This document shows positions 9,163 through 18,230 of a stretch of 64,000 nt of DNA, in pieces; the stretch's first letter is position 1; each line of letters starts with the position of its first letter. This DNA is from a bacterium (GTDB lineage: Bacteria > Patescibacteriota > Minisyncoccia > UBA6257 > GWB1-50-10): the NCBI GenBank assembly GCA_021815205.1, contig JAKAHD010000001.1:25247-89246 (forward strand), read 5' to 3'. Both the position numbers and the translations under genes were made by a program. The notes beneath the pieces were generated by a model. The model searched no databases. It saw nothing but the letters and a program-made list of their open reading frames with translations, and had not been told where the DNA came from.

Positions 9163-12100
9163 ATGAACATGGAATTAAAATCAATCGCGATACAACTTGC
9201 CTCTCCCGACGAGGTGCTCTCTTGGTCCAAGGGGGAGGTCACGAAGCCCGAGACGCTGAACTACCGCACCCAACGTCCCGAAAAGGACGGACTCTTCTCG
9301 GAGAGGATCTTCGGTCCCACGAAGGATTATGAATGTTACTGCGGCAAGTATAAAAAAATTCGCTATAAGGGCGTGACGTGCGAAAAGTGCGGCGTCGAGG
9401 TGACGCGCGCCGCGGTGCGCAGAGAGCGGATGGGCCACATTACGCTTGCGACTCCCGTCGTGCACGTGTGGTTCTTGAAGACCGTGCCGTCGCGCTTGAG
9501 TCTGCTTTTGAATATCTCGGTGCCGAAACTCGAGAAGGTGATTTACTATGCCGCCTACATCGTGACGGGCGTGAACGAGGAGAGTAAGAAACGCGCACTT
9601 CAAGATCTTGATCAGGAGTACAAGGCATTGAAATCCGAGCGCCAGATGGATGAGAAGGAGCTGAAGGAACGTGAGAAGGAGATGAAAGAAATTATCGCGC
9701 TCCTCAAGCCGGGTCTCATTCTTACGCAGGACGAGTACTATCGTCTCGCAGAGCGGTTCGGTGACGTGTTCGAGGCCTCCCAAGGCGCGGGTGCGCTCCG
9801 GAAGATTTTAGAAGCGATTGATCTTAAAGCAACCGCGAAAGAGCTCGAGAAGGATCTCACGAAGGTACAGGACGCGAACCGTGAGAAGCGGCTTCTCTTG
9901 CGTCTTCGGCTCATAAGATCCATGATCCGCGCGCATGTGCGTCCCGAATGGATGATTATGACCGTGCTCCCCGTGCTGCCGCCGGACTTGCGGCCGATGG
10001 TCGCATTAGACGGCGGGCACTATGCGACCGCCGACCTGAATGATCTTTATGGAAGAGTTATCAACAGGAACAACCGTCTGAAAAAGCTTATGGAGCTCAA
10101 GTCTCCTGAGGTTATTATCGTGAACGAGAAACGCATGCTCCAGGAGGCGGTGGATGCCCTCATTGATAATACCGCGCGGCTTGGCAGCCAGCTCTTGTCC
10201 TCAAAACGCAGACCGCTCCGGTCTCTTGCCGACATGCTCAAAGGAAAACAGGGCCGGTTCCGTCAGAACCTGCTTGGAAAGCGCGTTGATTATTCCGGCC
10301 GTTCGGTGATCGTCGTGGGCCCTGAATTGAAGCTCAACGAATGCGGCCTTCCGAAACACATGGCGCTCGAACTCTTCCGGCCGTTCGTTATTAATCGCCT
10401 GATCGAGATGAATTTCGCCTTCAATATCAAGCAGGCGAACCGCCTTATCGAACAGGGGCCGCCCGAAGTTTGGGCGATCTTGGAAGAGGTGATCCGTAAC
10501 CGGCGCGTGCTTTTGAACCGCGCACCGACCCTGCACCGGCTCGGCATCCAGGCCTTCAAACCCGTCTTAATCGAAGACCTTGCGATACGAATCCCTCCGC
10601 TTGTCTGTGCGGCGTTCAATGCCGACTTCGACGGCGATCAGATGGCGGTGCATCTTCCGCTTACGACCGAAGCGCAGTTTGAGGCCGAGACGCTCATGGA
10701 CGCGGGGAAGAATCTTTTGAAGCCCGCAAACGGCGATCCGATCGTGTCGCCGACGCAAGACATGATCTTGGGCGTCTACTTCCTCACGCATATCGTGCCC
10801 GGCGCGAAAGGGGAAGGGAGGACATTCTCGGGACCCGAGGAGGCGATGTTCGCGTACGAATCGGGCGTGATCGCCTTGAATGCCGCGATTAAGGTAAAGA
10901 TGGAGGAGGGGATTATAGAAACGTCCTATGGGCGGATCATCTTTAGTAGTACGCTTCCCCCCGGAACCGCATTCGTGAATACCACGCTTGATAAACAGGG
11001 ACTTTCAAAGCTCATCACCTCAATGATTGAAACGCACGAGATCGAGGAGAGCCGCGAGTACCTTGATAAGGTCAAGGATCTCGGCTTCTTGTACGCCACC
11101 GTTTCTTCGACGACGTGGGGCATGATGGATGCGATCGTGCCGAAGGAGAAGCACGAGATGCTCGCTCGCGCCCGCGAACGTGCCGCGATGGTTGACGCAC
11201 AGTATGAAGAGGGACTCTTGACCGATGAGGAACGGAAGAGCAAGGTTATCGGAATCTGGATGAAAGCGCGCGAAGATATCGCGGCGCTCATCCCAAAGGT
11301 GGTCACCGAAGGAAATCCGATCTATTCCATTATAAGTTCCAAAGCCCGCGGCAGCTGGGCGCAGATGATTCAGATGATGGGTATGAAAGGTTTGGTGCAG
11401 GATACGAGAGGCGAGACGATGGAACTTCCCGCAACCTCCTCGTATAAAGAAGGGTTGGGGGTGCTTGAATACTTCATTACGACGCACGGCGCGCGCAAGG
11501 GTTCAACCGATACGGCATTGAAAACCGCATCGGCCGGGTACCTTACTCGTCGTCTCGTGGATGTAGCGCAGGACGTATGCATCAATGAAACCAACTGTCG
11601 TGCCGTGAAGGGAATCACCATTCTCAAGAAGGAGGGAGATGCGTTCGGGTACCAGTTCGCGGAGCGTCTATACTCAAGAACCTCACTTTATGATATCCGC
11701 GTTGACCGGAAGATACTCGTACGCGCGGGAGAGATTATAAGCCGGGAAGCCGCAAAGAAAATTCAGGAAGCCGGCATCGAATCCGTCGAGGTGCGTTCCC
11801 CAATCGCCTGCAAGGCGGTCTACGGCATCTGCGCCGCGTGTTACGGGCTTGATCTCGGAAGAAACAAACCGGTGGAGCTCGGCGAAGCCGTTGGTATTGT
11901 CGCCGCGCAGTCGATCGGAGAACCGGGCACGCAACTTACGCTCCGCACCTTCCACATCGGAGGCGTTGCGGGCGTCGATATCACGCATGGACTTCCCCGC
12001 GTTGAAGAGATATTCGAGGCGCGTCCCCCGAAAGGAAAATCGACCCTGAACAAGGTGGATGGCGTGGTATATGACATAGAAGATCGCGGGCTCTCGACGC

Positions 12101-12816
12101 TTATCAAGGTCAAGGAAACCGGCGCGAAGAAGCCATCGAAGAAACGCCGTAAGACGGGATCGGAGGAAGGGAATATAATCGAATATCTTGTGCCCCACGG
12201 CGCGAGCATCTACGTAAAGATCGGAGCTACAGTAACCCGCGGTGAGCAGTTGTACGAGGGTCCGCTCGATATCCGCGAAATTCTCGCGTATCGGGGAGTC
12301 GATGCCGTCATTCATTATATCGTGAACGAAGTGCAGAAGATTTACATTCCGGAAGGAGCGATCATCAACGACAAGCATATCGAAGTGATCGTGCGACAAA
12401 TGCTTTCCCGTGTGACCATCAAGGATCCGGGTGATACCGATTTCATGCCGGGAGAAATCATTGAGAAACAGAAATTCATCGCCGTGAACCGCGCGGCAAA
12501 GCGCGAAAAGAGGCAGGCGTCCCGGGCGGTGCAAAAGATATTTGGGATCACGCGCGTGGCGCTTACCACCGAAAGTTTTCTCTCCGCGGCTTCGTTTCAG
12601 GAAACCGCGCGCGTCTTGGTTGACGCATCCATCCAGGGGAAGACGGACGTGCTCTACGGCCTCAAAGAAAACGTCATCATCGGGAAACTTATCCCCGTAG
12701 GCACGGGCTGGAGGGGATTTCCCGAGGAAGCGCTCGCCGAGTTCAGGGAAAAATTGACAGGGCCGAAAAAGGCCGATACTATGGAGGGCGAGGCGGAAGA
12801 ACACGAGCCGGCATAA
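9163..12816 (+). CDS. rpoC: DNA-directed RNA polymerase subunit beta'
   Basis: RpoC zinc-finger (CGKYKKIRYKGVTCEKCGVEV) and NADFDGD catalytic motif. The likely start is ATG 9163, just after the rpoB stop; the ORF-track start at 9082 overlaps rpoB. Confidence 0.97.
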   Translation: MNMELKSIAIQLASPDEVLSWSKGEVTKPETLNYRTQRPEKDGLFSERIFGPTKDYECYCGKYKKIRYKGVTCEKCGVEVTRAAVRRERMGHITLATPVVHVWFLKTVPSRLSLLLNISVPKLEKVIYYAAYIVTGVNEESKKRALQDLDQEYKALKSERQMDEKELKEREKEMKEIIALLKPGLILTQDEYYRLAERFGDVFEASQGAGALRKILEAIDLKATAKELEKDLTKVQDANREKRLLLRLRLIRSMIRAHVRPEWMIMTVLPVLPPDLRPMVALDGGHYATADLNDLYGRVINRNNRLKKLMELKSPEVIIVNEKRMLQEAVDALIDNTARLGSQLLSSKRRPLRSLADMLKGKQGRFRQNLLGKRVDYSGRSVIVVGPELKLNECGLPKHMALELFRPFVINRLIEMNFAFNIKQANRLIEQGPPEVWAILEEVIRNRRVLLNRAPTLHRLGIQAFKPVLIEDLAIRIPPLVCAAFNADFDGDQMAVHLPLTTEAQFEAETLMDAGKNLLKPANGDPIVSPTQDMILGVYFLTHIVPGAKGEGRTFSGPEEAMFAYESGVIALNAAIKVKMEEGIIETSYGRIIFSSTLPPGTAFVNTTLDKQGLSKLITSMIETHEIEESREYLDKVKDLGFLYATVSSTTWGMMDAIVPKEKHEMLARARERAAMVDAQYEEGLLTDEERKSKVIGIWMKAREDIAALIPKVVTEGNPIYSIISSKARGSWAQMIQMMGMKGLVQDTRGETMELPATSSYKEGLGVLEYFITTHGARKGSTDTALKTASAGYLTRRLVDVAQDVCINETNCRAVKGITILKKEGDAFGYQFAERLYSRTSLYDIRVDRKILVRAGEIISREAAKKIQEAGIESVEVRSPIACKAVYGICAACYGLDLGRNKPVELGEAVGIVAAQSIGEPGTQLTLRTFHIGGVAGVDITHGLPRVEEIFEARPPKGKSTLNKVDGVVYDIEDRGLSTLIKVKETGAKKPSKKRRKTGSEEGNIIEYLVPHGASIYVKIGATVTRGEQLYEGPLDIREILAYRGVDAVIHYIVNEVQKIYIPEGAIINDKHIEVIVRQMLSRVTIKDPGDTDFMPGEIIEKQKFIAVNRAAKREKRQASRAVQKIFGITRVALTTESFLSAASFQETARVLVDASIQGKTDVLYGLKENVIIGKLIPVGTGWRGFPEEALAEFREKLTGPKKADTMEGEAEEHEPA

Positions 12817-12819
12817 CCC

Positions 12820-13254
12820 ATGGAACAGCATATCGAATCAAACAACGAGAAGATATATGAGATCACCGCGCTTCTTCGGGATGAGGATTTTTCTCCGGTG
12901 AGACAGCTTCTTGAAACATATGCCGCCCGTATCATGGAAGAGCGTCCGCTTGAGAAAACACACTTGAGTTACCCGATTCTTAAGGAACGTTTCGTCTTTC
13001 AGGGAGTGTGTTATTTCACCATGCCTGAAGCGTCGGTTGCGAGACTCCAGAATGATCTGCGTTTTGCAAGCGGTGTGTTGCGCTCCATGGTGCGCAGCGT
13101 GAAACGCGTGGGAGCAAAGAGCGGAGCGAATAGGGGTTTGGGGTTACACCGCGAAGCGGGGAGATTAAGTGGGTCCCGCGAAGGGAGAAGATCGGAGGGT
13201 CAGGTGCTCACCAACGAGGCGCTTGAGAAAAAGATAGAGGAGATTTTGCAGTAA
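12820..13254 (+). CDS. rpsF: 30S ribosomal protein bS6 (C-terminal low-complexity extension)
   Basis: YEI...L(S)YPI...G.YYF...P....LR....VLRSMV pattern of bS6. Heads the conserved rpsF-ssb-rpsR arrangement. Confidence 0.8.
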   Translation: MEQHIESNNEKIYEITALLRDEDFSPVRQLLETYAARIMEERPLEKTHLSYPILKERFVFQGVCYFTMPEASVARLQNDLRFASGVLRSMVRSVKRVGAKSGANRGLGLHREAGRLSGSREGRRSEGQVLTNEALEKKIEEILQ

Positions 13255-13297
13255 ATAAGGTATACTTATTGTAGGGCTACGAGATGCCAATTATATG

Positions 13298-13474
13298 CTA
13301 CGAAATACGAATTGTGTACGAATATACGAACACATGAGATCCTTCATCCGCCTGCGGCGCCTGCTCGCCGAATCCGCCACAGTGGAGCAGGCGGAGATCC
13401 ATGATGACGGTACGATTCGTATATTCGTAGTCAATTCGTAATTCGTAGAGAGAACGTAATCTATAGAGCATCAC
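13298..13474. mobile_element. MITE-like repeat family C copy 1 (177 bp; 33-bp imperfect TIR CTACGAAATACGAATTGTGTACGAATATACGAA / TTCGTATATTCGTAGTCAATTCGTAATTCGTAG)
   Basis: Identical 177-bp copy at 13934-14110. It ends directly at the ATG of ssb. The reverse-strand 'ORFs' 13298..13891 and 13934..14170 are translations of this repeat. Confidence 0.85.
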
Positions 13475-13933
13475 ATGAATCTCAACAAGGTCTTCATTCT
13501 TGGCAATCTTACCCGCGATCCCGAACTGCGGCAGACATCCGGAGGACAGTCGGTATCCACCTTCGGGGTGGCGACGAACAGTTTTTTTCAGGATAAGTCC
13601 GGGCAACGCCAGCAGAAGGTTGAATTTCATAACATAGTCGTGTGGGGAAGGCAGGCGGAGGTCGCGAGCCAGTTCTTGAAGAAGGGCGGGCTTGTACTCG
13701 TCGAGGGAAGGCTTCAGACCCGAACGTGGCAGGACAAGCAGGGAATGAACCACAAGACGACGGAGATCGTCTCCGAACGGATCCAGTTCGGTCCGCGAAT
13801 GGGAGGCGGAGATGCGGCCCGGAGTTCCTTTGGGGTCGGGAAAGCGACGGAGGACTCTGAAGCGCCGAAAGAAGAACTTCCCGATGTCCATATTGACGAA
13901 GAAGACATCAAGCCGGAAGATATTCCGTTTTAG
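13475..13933 (+). CDS. ssb: Single-stranded DNA-binding protein
   Basis: OB-fold SSB signature and acidic C-terminal tail ending DIPF. Confidence 0.92.
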   Translation: MNLNKVFILGNLTRDPELRQTSGGQSVSTFGVATNSFFQDKSGQRQQKVEFHNIVVWGRQAEVASQFLKKGGLVLVEGRLQTRTWQDKQGMNHKTTEIVSERIQFGPRMGGGDAARSSFGVGKATEDSEAPKEELPDVHIDEEDIKPEDIPF

Positions 13934-14110
13934 CTACGAAATACGAATTGTGTACGAATATACGAACACATGAGATCCTTCATCCGCCTGCGGCGCCTGC
14001 TCGCCGAATCCGCCACAGTGGAGCAGGCGGAGATCCATGATGACGGTACGATTCGTATATTCGTAGTCAATTCGTAATTCGTAGAGAGAACGTAATCTAT
14101 AGAGCATCAC
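13934..14110. mobile_element. MITE-like repeat family C copy 2 (177 bp, identical to copy 1)
   Basis: Exact direct repeat of 13298-13474. It ends directly at the ATG of rpsR. Confidence 0.85.
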
Positions 14111-14320
14111 ATGAAGACGAAAAAACAGTGCTTTTTTTGCTCGCAGAACGCGAAGGAGATTGATTTCCACGATGTGGAGATGCTCTCGCGTTTTATCTCA
14201 AGCCAGGGAAAGATCATCGACCCGCGCCATACGGGTGTGTGCGCCACGCATCAGCGTAATCTCGCCCGCGCCATCAAGCAGGCGAGAGTGATGGGGCTCG
14301 TTCCTTTCGTGACCCGATAA
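14111..14320 (+). CDS. rpsR: 30S ribosomal protein bS18
   Basis: 69 aa with the conserved bS18 Cys-containing N-terminus and DPRHTGVCATHQRNLARAIKQAR. Confidence 0.9.
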   Translation: MKTKKQCFFCSQNAKEIDFHDVEMLSRFISSQGKIIDPRHTGVCATHQRNLARAIKQARVMGLVPFVTR

Positions 14321-14338
14321 CGGTGTAGTTTCTTTTCT

Positions 14339-14914
14339 ATGGGGATTGATGTTCTTGCCTTCCAGTTTGTCCACGGTCTTACGGGGTGGGCGGGTATGCT
14401 CGACACTGCCGGCGTTTTTTTTGCGCAGTACCTTCCGTATTTGCTCGGTATTGCGATCATTATTTTTATATTCAAGAGCCGATCGCCCAAGACGCGTTTC
14501 AAGACGTTTCTTTTTATTACGCTCACGGCGCTCCTCTCGCGCGGGATACTTACCGAGGCAATAGGATTTTTCTTTCTGCGTCCCAGGCCTTTTGATGCGT
14601 TCGGGTTCACGCCGCTTATTTCCGTATCGGGAGCATCGTTCCCCTCGGGTCATGCGGCATTTTTCTTCGCCGTAAGCTTTGCGATATTCGCGATCGACCG
14701 CACGTGGGGATGGTGGTTTTTTGTCTTGTCTGTTTTGAACGGCCTCGCAAGAGTTTTCGTGGGTGTGCATTACCCCCTCGATGTCGCGGGCGGGTTCCTT
14801 GTTGCGCTCGTATCCTATTTCGTGATTGCGCCGATCTTCAAGACGCCCCACGCGCCGCTACATGAAGCATCACATGAAACACACGCACTTCAGGAAGAAG
14901 GCGAGACGATATAA
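14339..14914 (+). CDS. PAP2-family membrane phosphatase (undecaprenyl-diphosphatase / PgpB-like)
   Basis: PAP2 motifs PSGH and GVHYPLDVAGG within a polytopic membrane protein. Confidence 0.75.
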   Translation: MGIDVLAFQFVHGLTGWAGMLDTAGVFFAQYLPYLLGIAIIIFIFKSRSPKTRFKTFLFITLTALLSRGILTEAIGFFFLRPRPFDAFGFTPLISVSGASFPSGHAAFFFAVSFAIFAIDRTWGWWFFVLSVLNGLARVFVGVHYPLDVAGGFLVALVSYFVIAPIFKTPHAPLHEASHETHALQEEGETI

Positions 14915-15461
14915 AGGGTACACTGCCGCAGTCCTTGCTGAACTTTGGCGGGGCGGGGTAGGAATTTTTCCAACCGACACGCTGTATGGAATTGTCGCGC
15001 CCGCATTTTCAGAAGCCGCAGTGGAACGAATATATCGGTTACGGAAGAGAAGTAAAAAAAAGCCCTCGATCATTCTCATTGCGGCCCCCGAAGACATCGC
15101 TCTCTTCGGCATAAAGGCGGGGAGGAAGGAAAGACTCTTTTTGGAAAAAGCGTGGCCCGGAAAGGTGAGCGTAATCCTTTCGTGTCCCGGAAGCGAGTTC
15201 TCATACCTTCATCGCGGCGCATACACACTTGCCTTTCGAGTGCCGAAGAATGCCGCACTCCGGAGGTTCCTGAAGTTCTCGGGGCCGCTTATCGCGCCGA
15301 GCGCGAACCCCGAAGGGAAACCTCCCGCGCAGACGATCCGCGAGGCGAGGCGCTATTTTGGCGACAGAGTTGATTTTTACATTCATAGAGGAAGATTAGG
15401 GGGAAAGCCCTCCCGTCTTGTGGAGCTCAAAAATGGCGAGGTAAAAATATTGAGAAAATAG
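14862..15461 (+). CDS. tsaC: L-threonylcarbamoyladenylate synthase (TsaC/YrdC/Sua5 family)
   Basis: YrdC-domain signature (GVGIFPTDTLYGIV). The start is uncertain: ATG 14862 or 14874, overlapping the PAP2 gene end. Confidence 0.8.
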   Translation: MKHHMKHTHFRKKARRYKGYTAAVLAELWRGGVGIFPTDTLYGIVAPAFSEAAVERIYRLRKRSKKKPSIILIAAPEDIALFGIKAGRKERLFLEKAWPGKVSVILSCPGSEFSYLHRGAYTLAFRVPKNAALRRFLKFSGPLIAPSANPEGKPPAQTIREARRYFGDRVDFYIHRGRLGGKPSRLVELKNGEVKILRK

Positions 15462-15475
15462 TATTCAATGTCATT

Positions 15476-15575
15476 GGGAGCCTGGCCCGCGCAGGCAGAC
15501 GGAACGAAGCAATCCTCAGAGAAGACAGCACCTGAGATTGCTTCGGACTTGCGTCCTCGCAATGACGTTCTCTTG
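15476..15575 (+). promoter_or_regulatory. Long imperfect hairpin in the secE-nusG leader (GTCATTGGGAGC...CGAAGCAATC / GATTGCTTCGG...CCTCGCAATGAC)
   Basis: Two nested inverted-repeat arm pairs about 40 nt apart, upstream of secE. A related CGTCATTGCGAG motif recurs near 59500. Confidence 0.4.
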
Positions 15576-15650
15576 TGTCCTTTTTTCTTCTGTGCTAGAG
15601 TGGAGTAGAGCCACAAGACGGCCGTCGTTTTCTTTTAGGAATCAGTAATT

Positions 15651-15833
15651 ATGGGGCACATCAAGAGTTTTCTTAACGAATCGCGGCAGGAATTGAAGCG
15701 GGTTAATTGGCCCAGAAAGGAAGAGACCACGCGTTATACGATCTTTGTGATCGTGCTTTCGGTGGGGCTTGCCGCATTTTTAGGCATCCTTGATTACATG
15801 TTTTTGCAGATACTCCAACACGTGATACTCTAG
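15651..15833 (+). CDS. secE: Preprotein translocase subunit SecE
   Basis: 60 aa with a single C-terminal TM helix and the ELKKVNWP motif, immediately upstream of nusG. Confidence 0.8.
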   Translation: MGHIKSFLNESRQELKRVNWPRKEETTRYTIFVIVLSVGLAAFLGILDYMFLQILQHVIL

Positions 15834-15849
15834 AAAAGAGAGGAACATT

Positions 15850-16410
15850 ATGCTCTTACCTACACAGAAAAAAGAAAAGAACCAGGGGCGTGCATGGTAC
15901 GCAATCCATACTTACTCCGGGTATGAAGACGCGGTCGCGCGGTATTTGAAGCAACGTATCGAGTCCTTGAGTGTTACCGATAAGATATTCAACGTTATTG
16001 TTCCGAAGGAGACAAAAATAAAAATCAAGAATGGAAAACGCCAGAAGACGGAAGAGAAAATTTACCCCGGATACGTACTCGTGGATATGGTGCTCGATAA
16101 CGACTCATGGTACGTCGTACGCAATACGCCAAGGGTGACGGGATTCGTGGGTGTCGACACCGCGACGCCGACGCCGCTCTCAAAAGAAGAAATTGACGAT
16201 CTTATGCGGCGTATCGGGGAGGCCGAGCCGAAATTTAAAGTTGACTTCAAGGAGGGGGAAGTGGTAAAAATTACGGACGGTCCCTTCAAGGAGCAGGAAG
16301 GCAAAGTGTCCGAGGTTGATGACGAACATGGGAAGATTAAGGTGCTCGTCCCGATATTTGGAAGGGATACGTTAGTCGAGCTGGATTCATTGCAGGTAAA
16401 GCGATTATAA
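15850..16410 (+). CDS. nusG: Transcription termination/antitermination factor NusG
   Basis: NGN domain (AWYAIHTYSGYE) plus KOW domain (GEVVKITDGPFKEQEGKV). Confidence 0.92.
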   Translation: MLLPTQKKEKNQGRAWYAIHTYSGYEDAVARYLKQRIESLSVTDKIFNVIVPKETKIKIKNGKRQKTEEKIYPGYVLVDMVLDNDSWYVVRNTPRVTGFVGVDTATPTPLSKEEIDDLMRRIGEAEPKFKVDFKEGEVVKITDGPFKEQEGKVSEVDDEHGKIKVLVPIFGRDTLVELDSLQVKRL

Positions 16411-16415
16411 TAATG

Positions 16416-16536
16416 CTACGAAATACGAATTGTGTACGAATATACGAATACGACCGTTATTCTGACCTGCCGCAGGCAGAGAAGAATCTATCGGATTAGT
16501 ATATTCGTACTCAATTCGTAATTCGTAGAGAAATAC
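16416..16536. mobile_element. MITE-like repeat family C copy 3 (121 bp, same TIRs, different core)
   Basis: CTACGAAATACGAATTGTGTACGAATATACGAA...TATATTCGTACTCAATTCGTAATTCGTAGAG ending at the ATG of rplK. Confidence 0.8.
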
Positions 16537-16959
16537 ATGGCGAAACCAATTAAGGCAATGTTAAAACTGCAGATCAAGGCGGGAGAAGCGAATCCCGCGC
16601 CGCCGATCGGCCCCGCGTTGGGGCAGCACGGCGTGAATATCCAGCAGTTCTGTCAGCAATTTAATGAAGCAACGAAGGAGATGCGCGGCGACGTGATTCC
16701 CGCGGAGATCACCATCTATGAAGACAGGACGTTTGAATTTAAACTCAAGACTCCGCCCGCCTCGGCGCTCATCAAAAAAGCTGCGGGTATAGAAAAAGGA
16801 GCCGCGGAGTCCGGAAAGAAGACGGTGGGAAAGATCTCAAGGGCTGATTTGAGAAGTATCGCGGAGAAGAAGATGGTGGACCTGAACGCGACGGACATTG
16901 AAGCGGCGGAAAGAATCATTTCCGGCACGGCGAAAAACATGGGTATTGAGATTGAATAG
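16537..16959 (+). CDS. rplK: 50S ribosomal protein uL11
   Basis: Classic uL11 N-terminus ([26 protein letters not shown]). No rplA follows. Confidence 0.95.
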   Translation: MAKPIKAMLKLQIKAGEANPAPPIGPALGQHGVNIQQFCQQFNEATKEMRGDVIPAEITIYEDRTFEFKLKTPPASALIKKAAGIEKGAAESGKKTVGKISRADLRSIAEKKMVDLNATDIEAAERIISGTAKNMGIEIE

Positions 16960-17145
16960 TCTCAATACCCATGTTTTAACCCTTACATCAAGGGCGATAG
17001 ATTTCTGATTGTATTCGAGAAAACCATCTCGCAGGCCGAGCGGGCATGGTTTCCGCCGAAGGCGGAAGAGCGAGGCCGAGAGTGAGCGCGCATTCCTCGC
17101 TGGGGAATGCAATAGCGTGTTTTCGAGAATATAATTCAAGAAATC

Positions 17146-17586
17146 TTACTCGGCCGCCACCTCTTTCTTTGCTTCTATCTCCCGATACACCGTTCCCAAG
17201 ACCCCGTTTATGAACTTTGGAGAATTCTGCCCTCCGTAATTTTTTGCGATTTCAATCGCTTCGTTGATGGCTACCTTGGGGGGCACCTCGTTCCTGTCCG
17301 CATAGAGGAGTTCCGAGAGGCCGATACGAAGCACGTTCCTGTCGATGATCGCGACCTGTTCCAAGGGCCATTCCGGCGCGACTCTCCTGATGATCGCGTC
17401 TATTTCGGGGAGGTGCTCGATAACCCCCTTCGCGATGCGCCACACGAAGTCCGGCTCGTCGATACCGGGCCCGTAATCTTTAGTGTTACGTTCGATGATA
17501 GCGGGAAGATCGCTCTCGTGGTGGTAAAAATCCCACTCGTAGAGCGACTGCAACACGATAGTTCTTGCAAGGTGCCGCGTGGCCAT
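17146..17586 (-). CDS. nusB: Transcription antitermination factor NusB
   Basis: 146-aa NusB-family all-helical protein ([12 protein letters not shown]...GVLGTVYRE). Confidence 0.88.
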   Translation of the reverse strand: MATRHLARTIVLQSLYEWDFYHHESDLPAIIERNTKDYGPGIDEPDFVWRIAKGVIEHLPEIDAIIRRVAPEWPLEQVAIIDRNVLRIGLSELLYADRNEVPPKVAINEAIEIAKNYGGQNSPKFINGVLGTVYREIEAKKEVAAE

Positions 17587-17589
17587 GTT

Positions 17590-17700
17590 CTTAAAATTCT
17601 AAATCCTAATTCCTAAATTCTAAACAATGACAAAAATCCAAAATCCTAATGTCCAAAACACGCGTTTTGAAAATTCGTATATTTGGTCATTTGAATTTGT
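17590..17700. repeat. AT-rich satellite-like tract of AAATCCTAA-type short repeats plus AAACGCGTGTTT palindrome (family F)
   Basis: Low-complexity AATCCTAA/ATTCTAAA iterations. Related tracts occur at 17940-18048, 18186-18240 and 29434-29600, all sharing GAAATTCGTAT and TTAGGATTTG. Confidence 0.6.
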
Positions 17701-17886
17701 TTAGGATTTAGGATTTGAAACATTAGAATTTCGCGTATATGTGCCGCACTGCGGACATAGGCGATGGGGAAGCGTCGGGCCCTTACAGTTGGGGCAGGGA
17801 ATCACCCGCACCTTCTTCAACGCCAACTGGGAACGCCGTCTTCCGACCTTCGATTTTGAATGATGTTTGGTAGGTACGCCACCCAT
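17701..17886 (-). CDS. rpmF: 50S ribosomal protein bL32
   Basis: GVPTKHHSKSKVGRRRSQ...CPNCKGPTLPHRLCPQCGTY matches bL32. The likely start is the internal Met; the track ORF extends to 17949. Confidence 0.8.
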   Translation of the reverse strand: MGGVPTKHHSKSKVGRRRSQLALKKVRVIPCPNCKGPTLPHRLCPQCGTYTRNSNVSNPKS

Positions 17887-18052
17887 GGACTTAATTTGAA
17901 TCTTATAGTAACGCTTGCACGGATGGAAGTCAAATGAAGCAAATTCCAAATCCTAATTTCCTCCGCCTGAGGCGGATCCTCCTTCGGAGGAAAATCCTAA
18001 ATAATGGCCAAGATACGAAATTCCAATAACCAAAACGCGTCGTGTTTTCTAT

Positions 18053-18177
18053 CCCGTGAGAAGCAAGAAACCCCGTGGCGTGCCACGGGGATGAACCCCC
18101 CACTCATTTCGTGGGGGGGAATGCCTCGTCCCGTGGCGAACGCGGGGTTTCCTGCCCCCATGTGAGCTTCTCACGGG
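18053..18177. mobile_element. MITE-like repeat family D copy 1 (~125 bp, 13-bp perfect TIR TCCCGTGAGAAGC / GCTTCTCACGGGA, hairpin-rich GC core)
   Basis: Near-identical copies occur at 23137-23263 and 27380-27511. The internal hairpins are CCCCGTGGCGTGCCACGGGG and CCCCACTCATTTCGTGGGGG. Confidence 0.85.
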
Positions 18178-18230
18178 ATTTATTTTGAATTTTTGTCATT
18201 CGAATTTGTTTAGGATTTAGAGTTTTGAAT

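Noticed and set aside
6000-12830. Numerous 60-380-aa ORFs on both strands inside rpoB and rpoC (e.g. 11683..12831 minus, 382 aa)
   Set aside because: They lie entirely within, or antisense to, unambiguous RpoB/RpoC coding sequence. High-GC genomes give long spurious antisense ORFs.
13298-14170. Minus-strand ORFs 13298..13891 (197 aa) and 13934..14170 (78 aa) sharing an identical 56-aa stretch
   Set aside because: The shared peptide is simply the translation of the two identical 177-bp family C repeats. The first ORF also runs antisense through ssb. Not genes.
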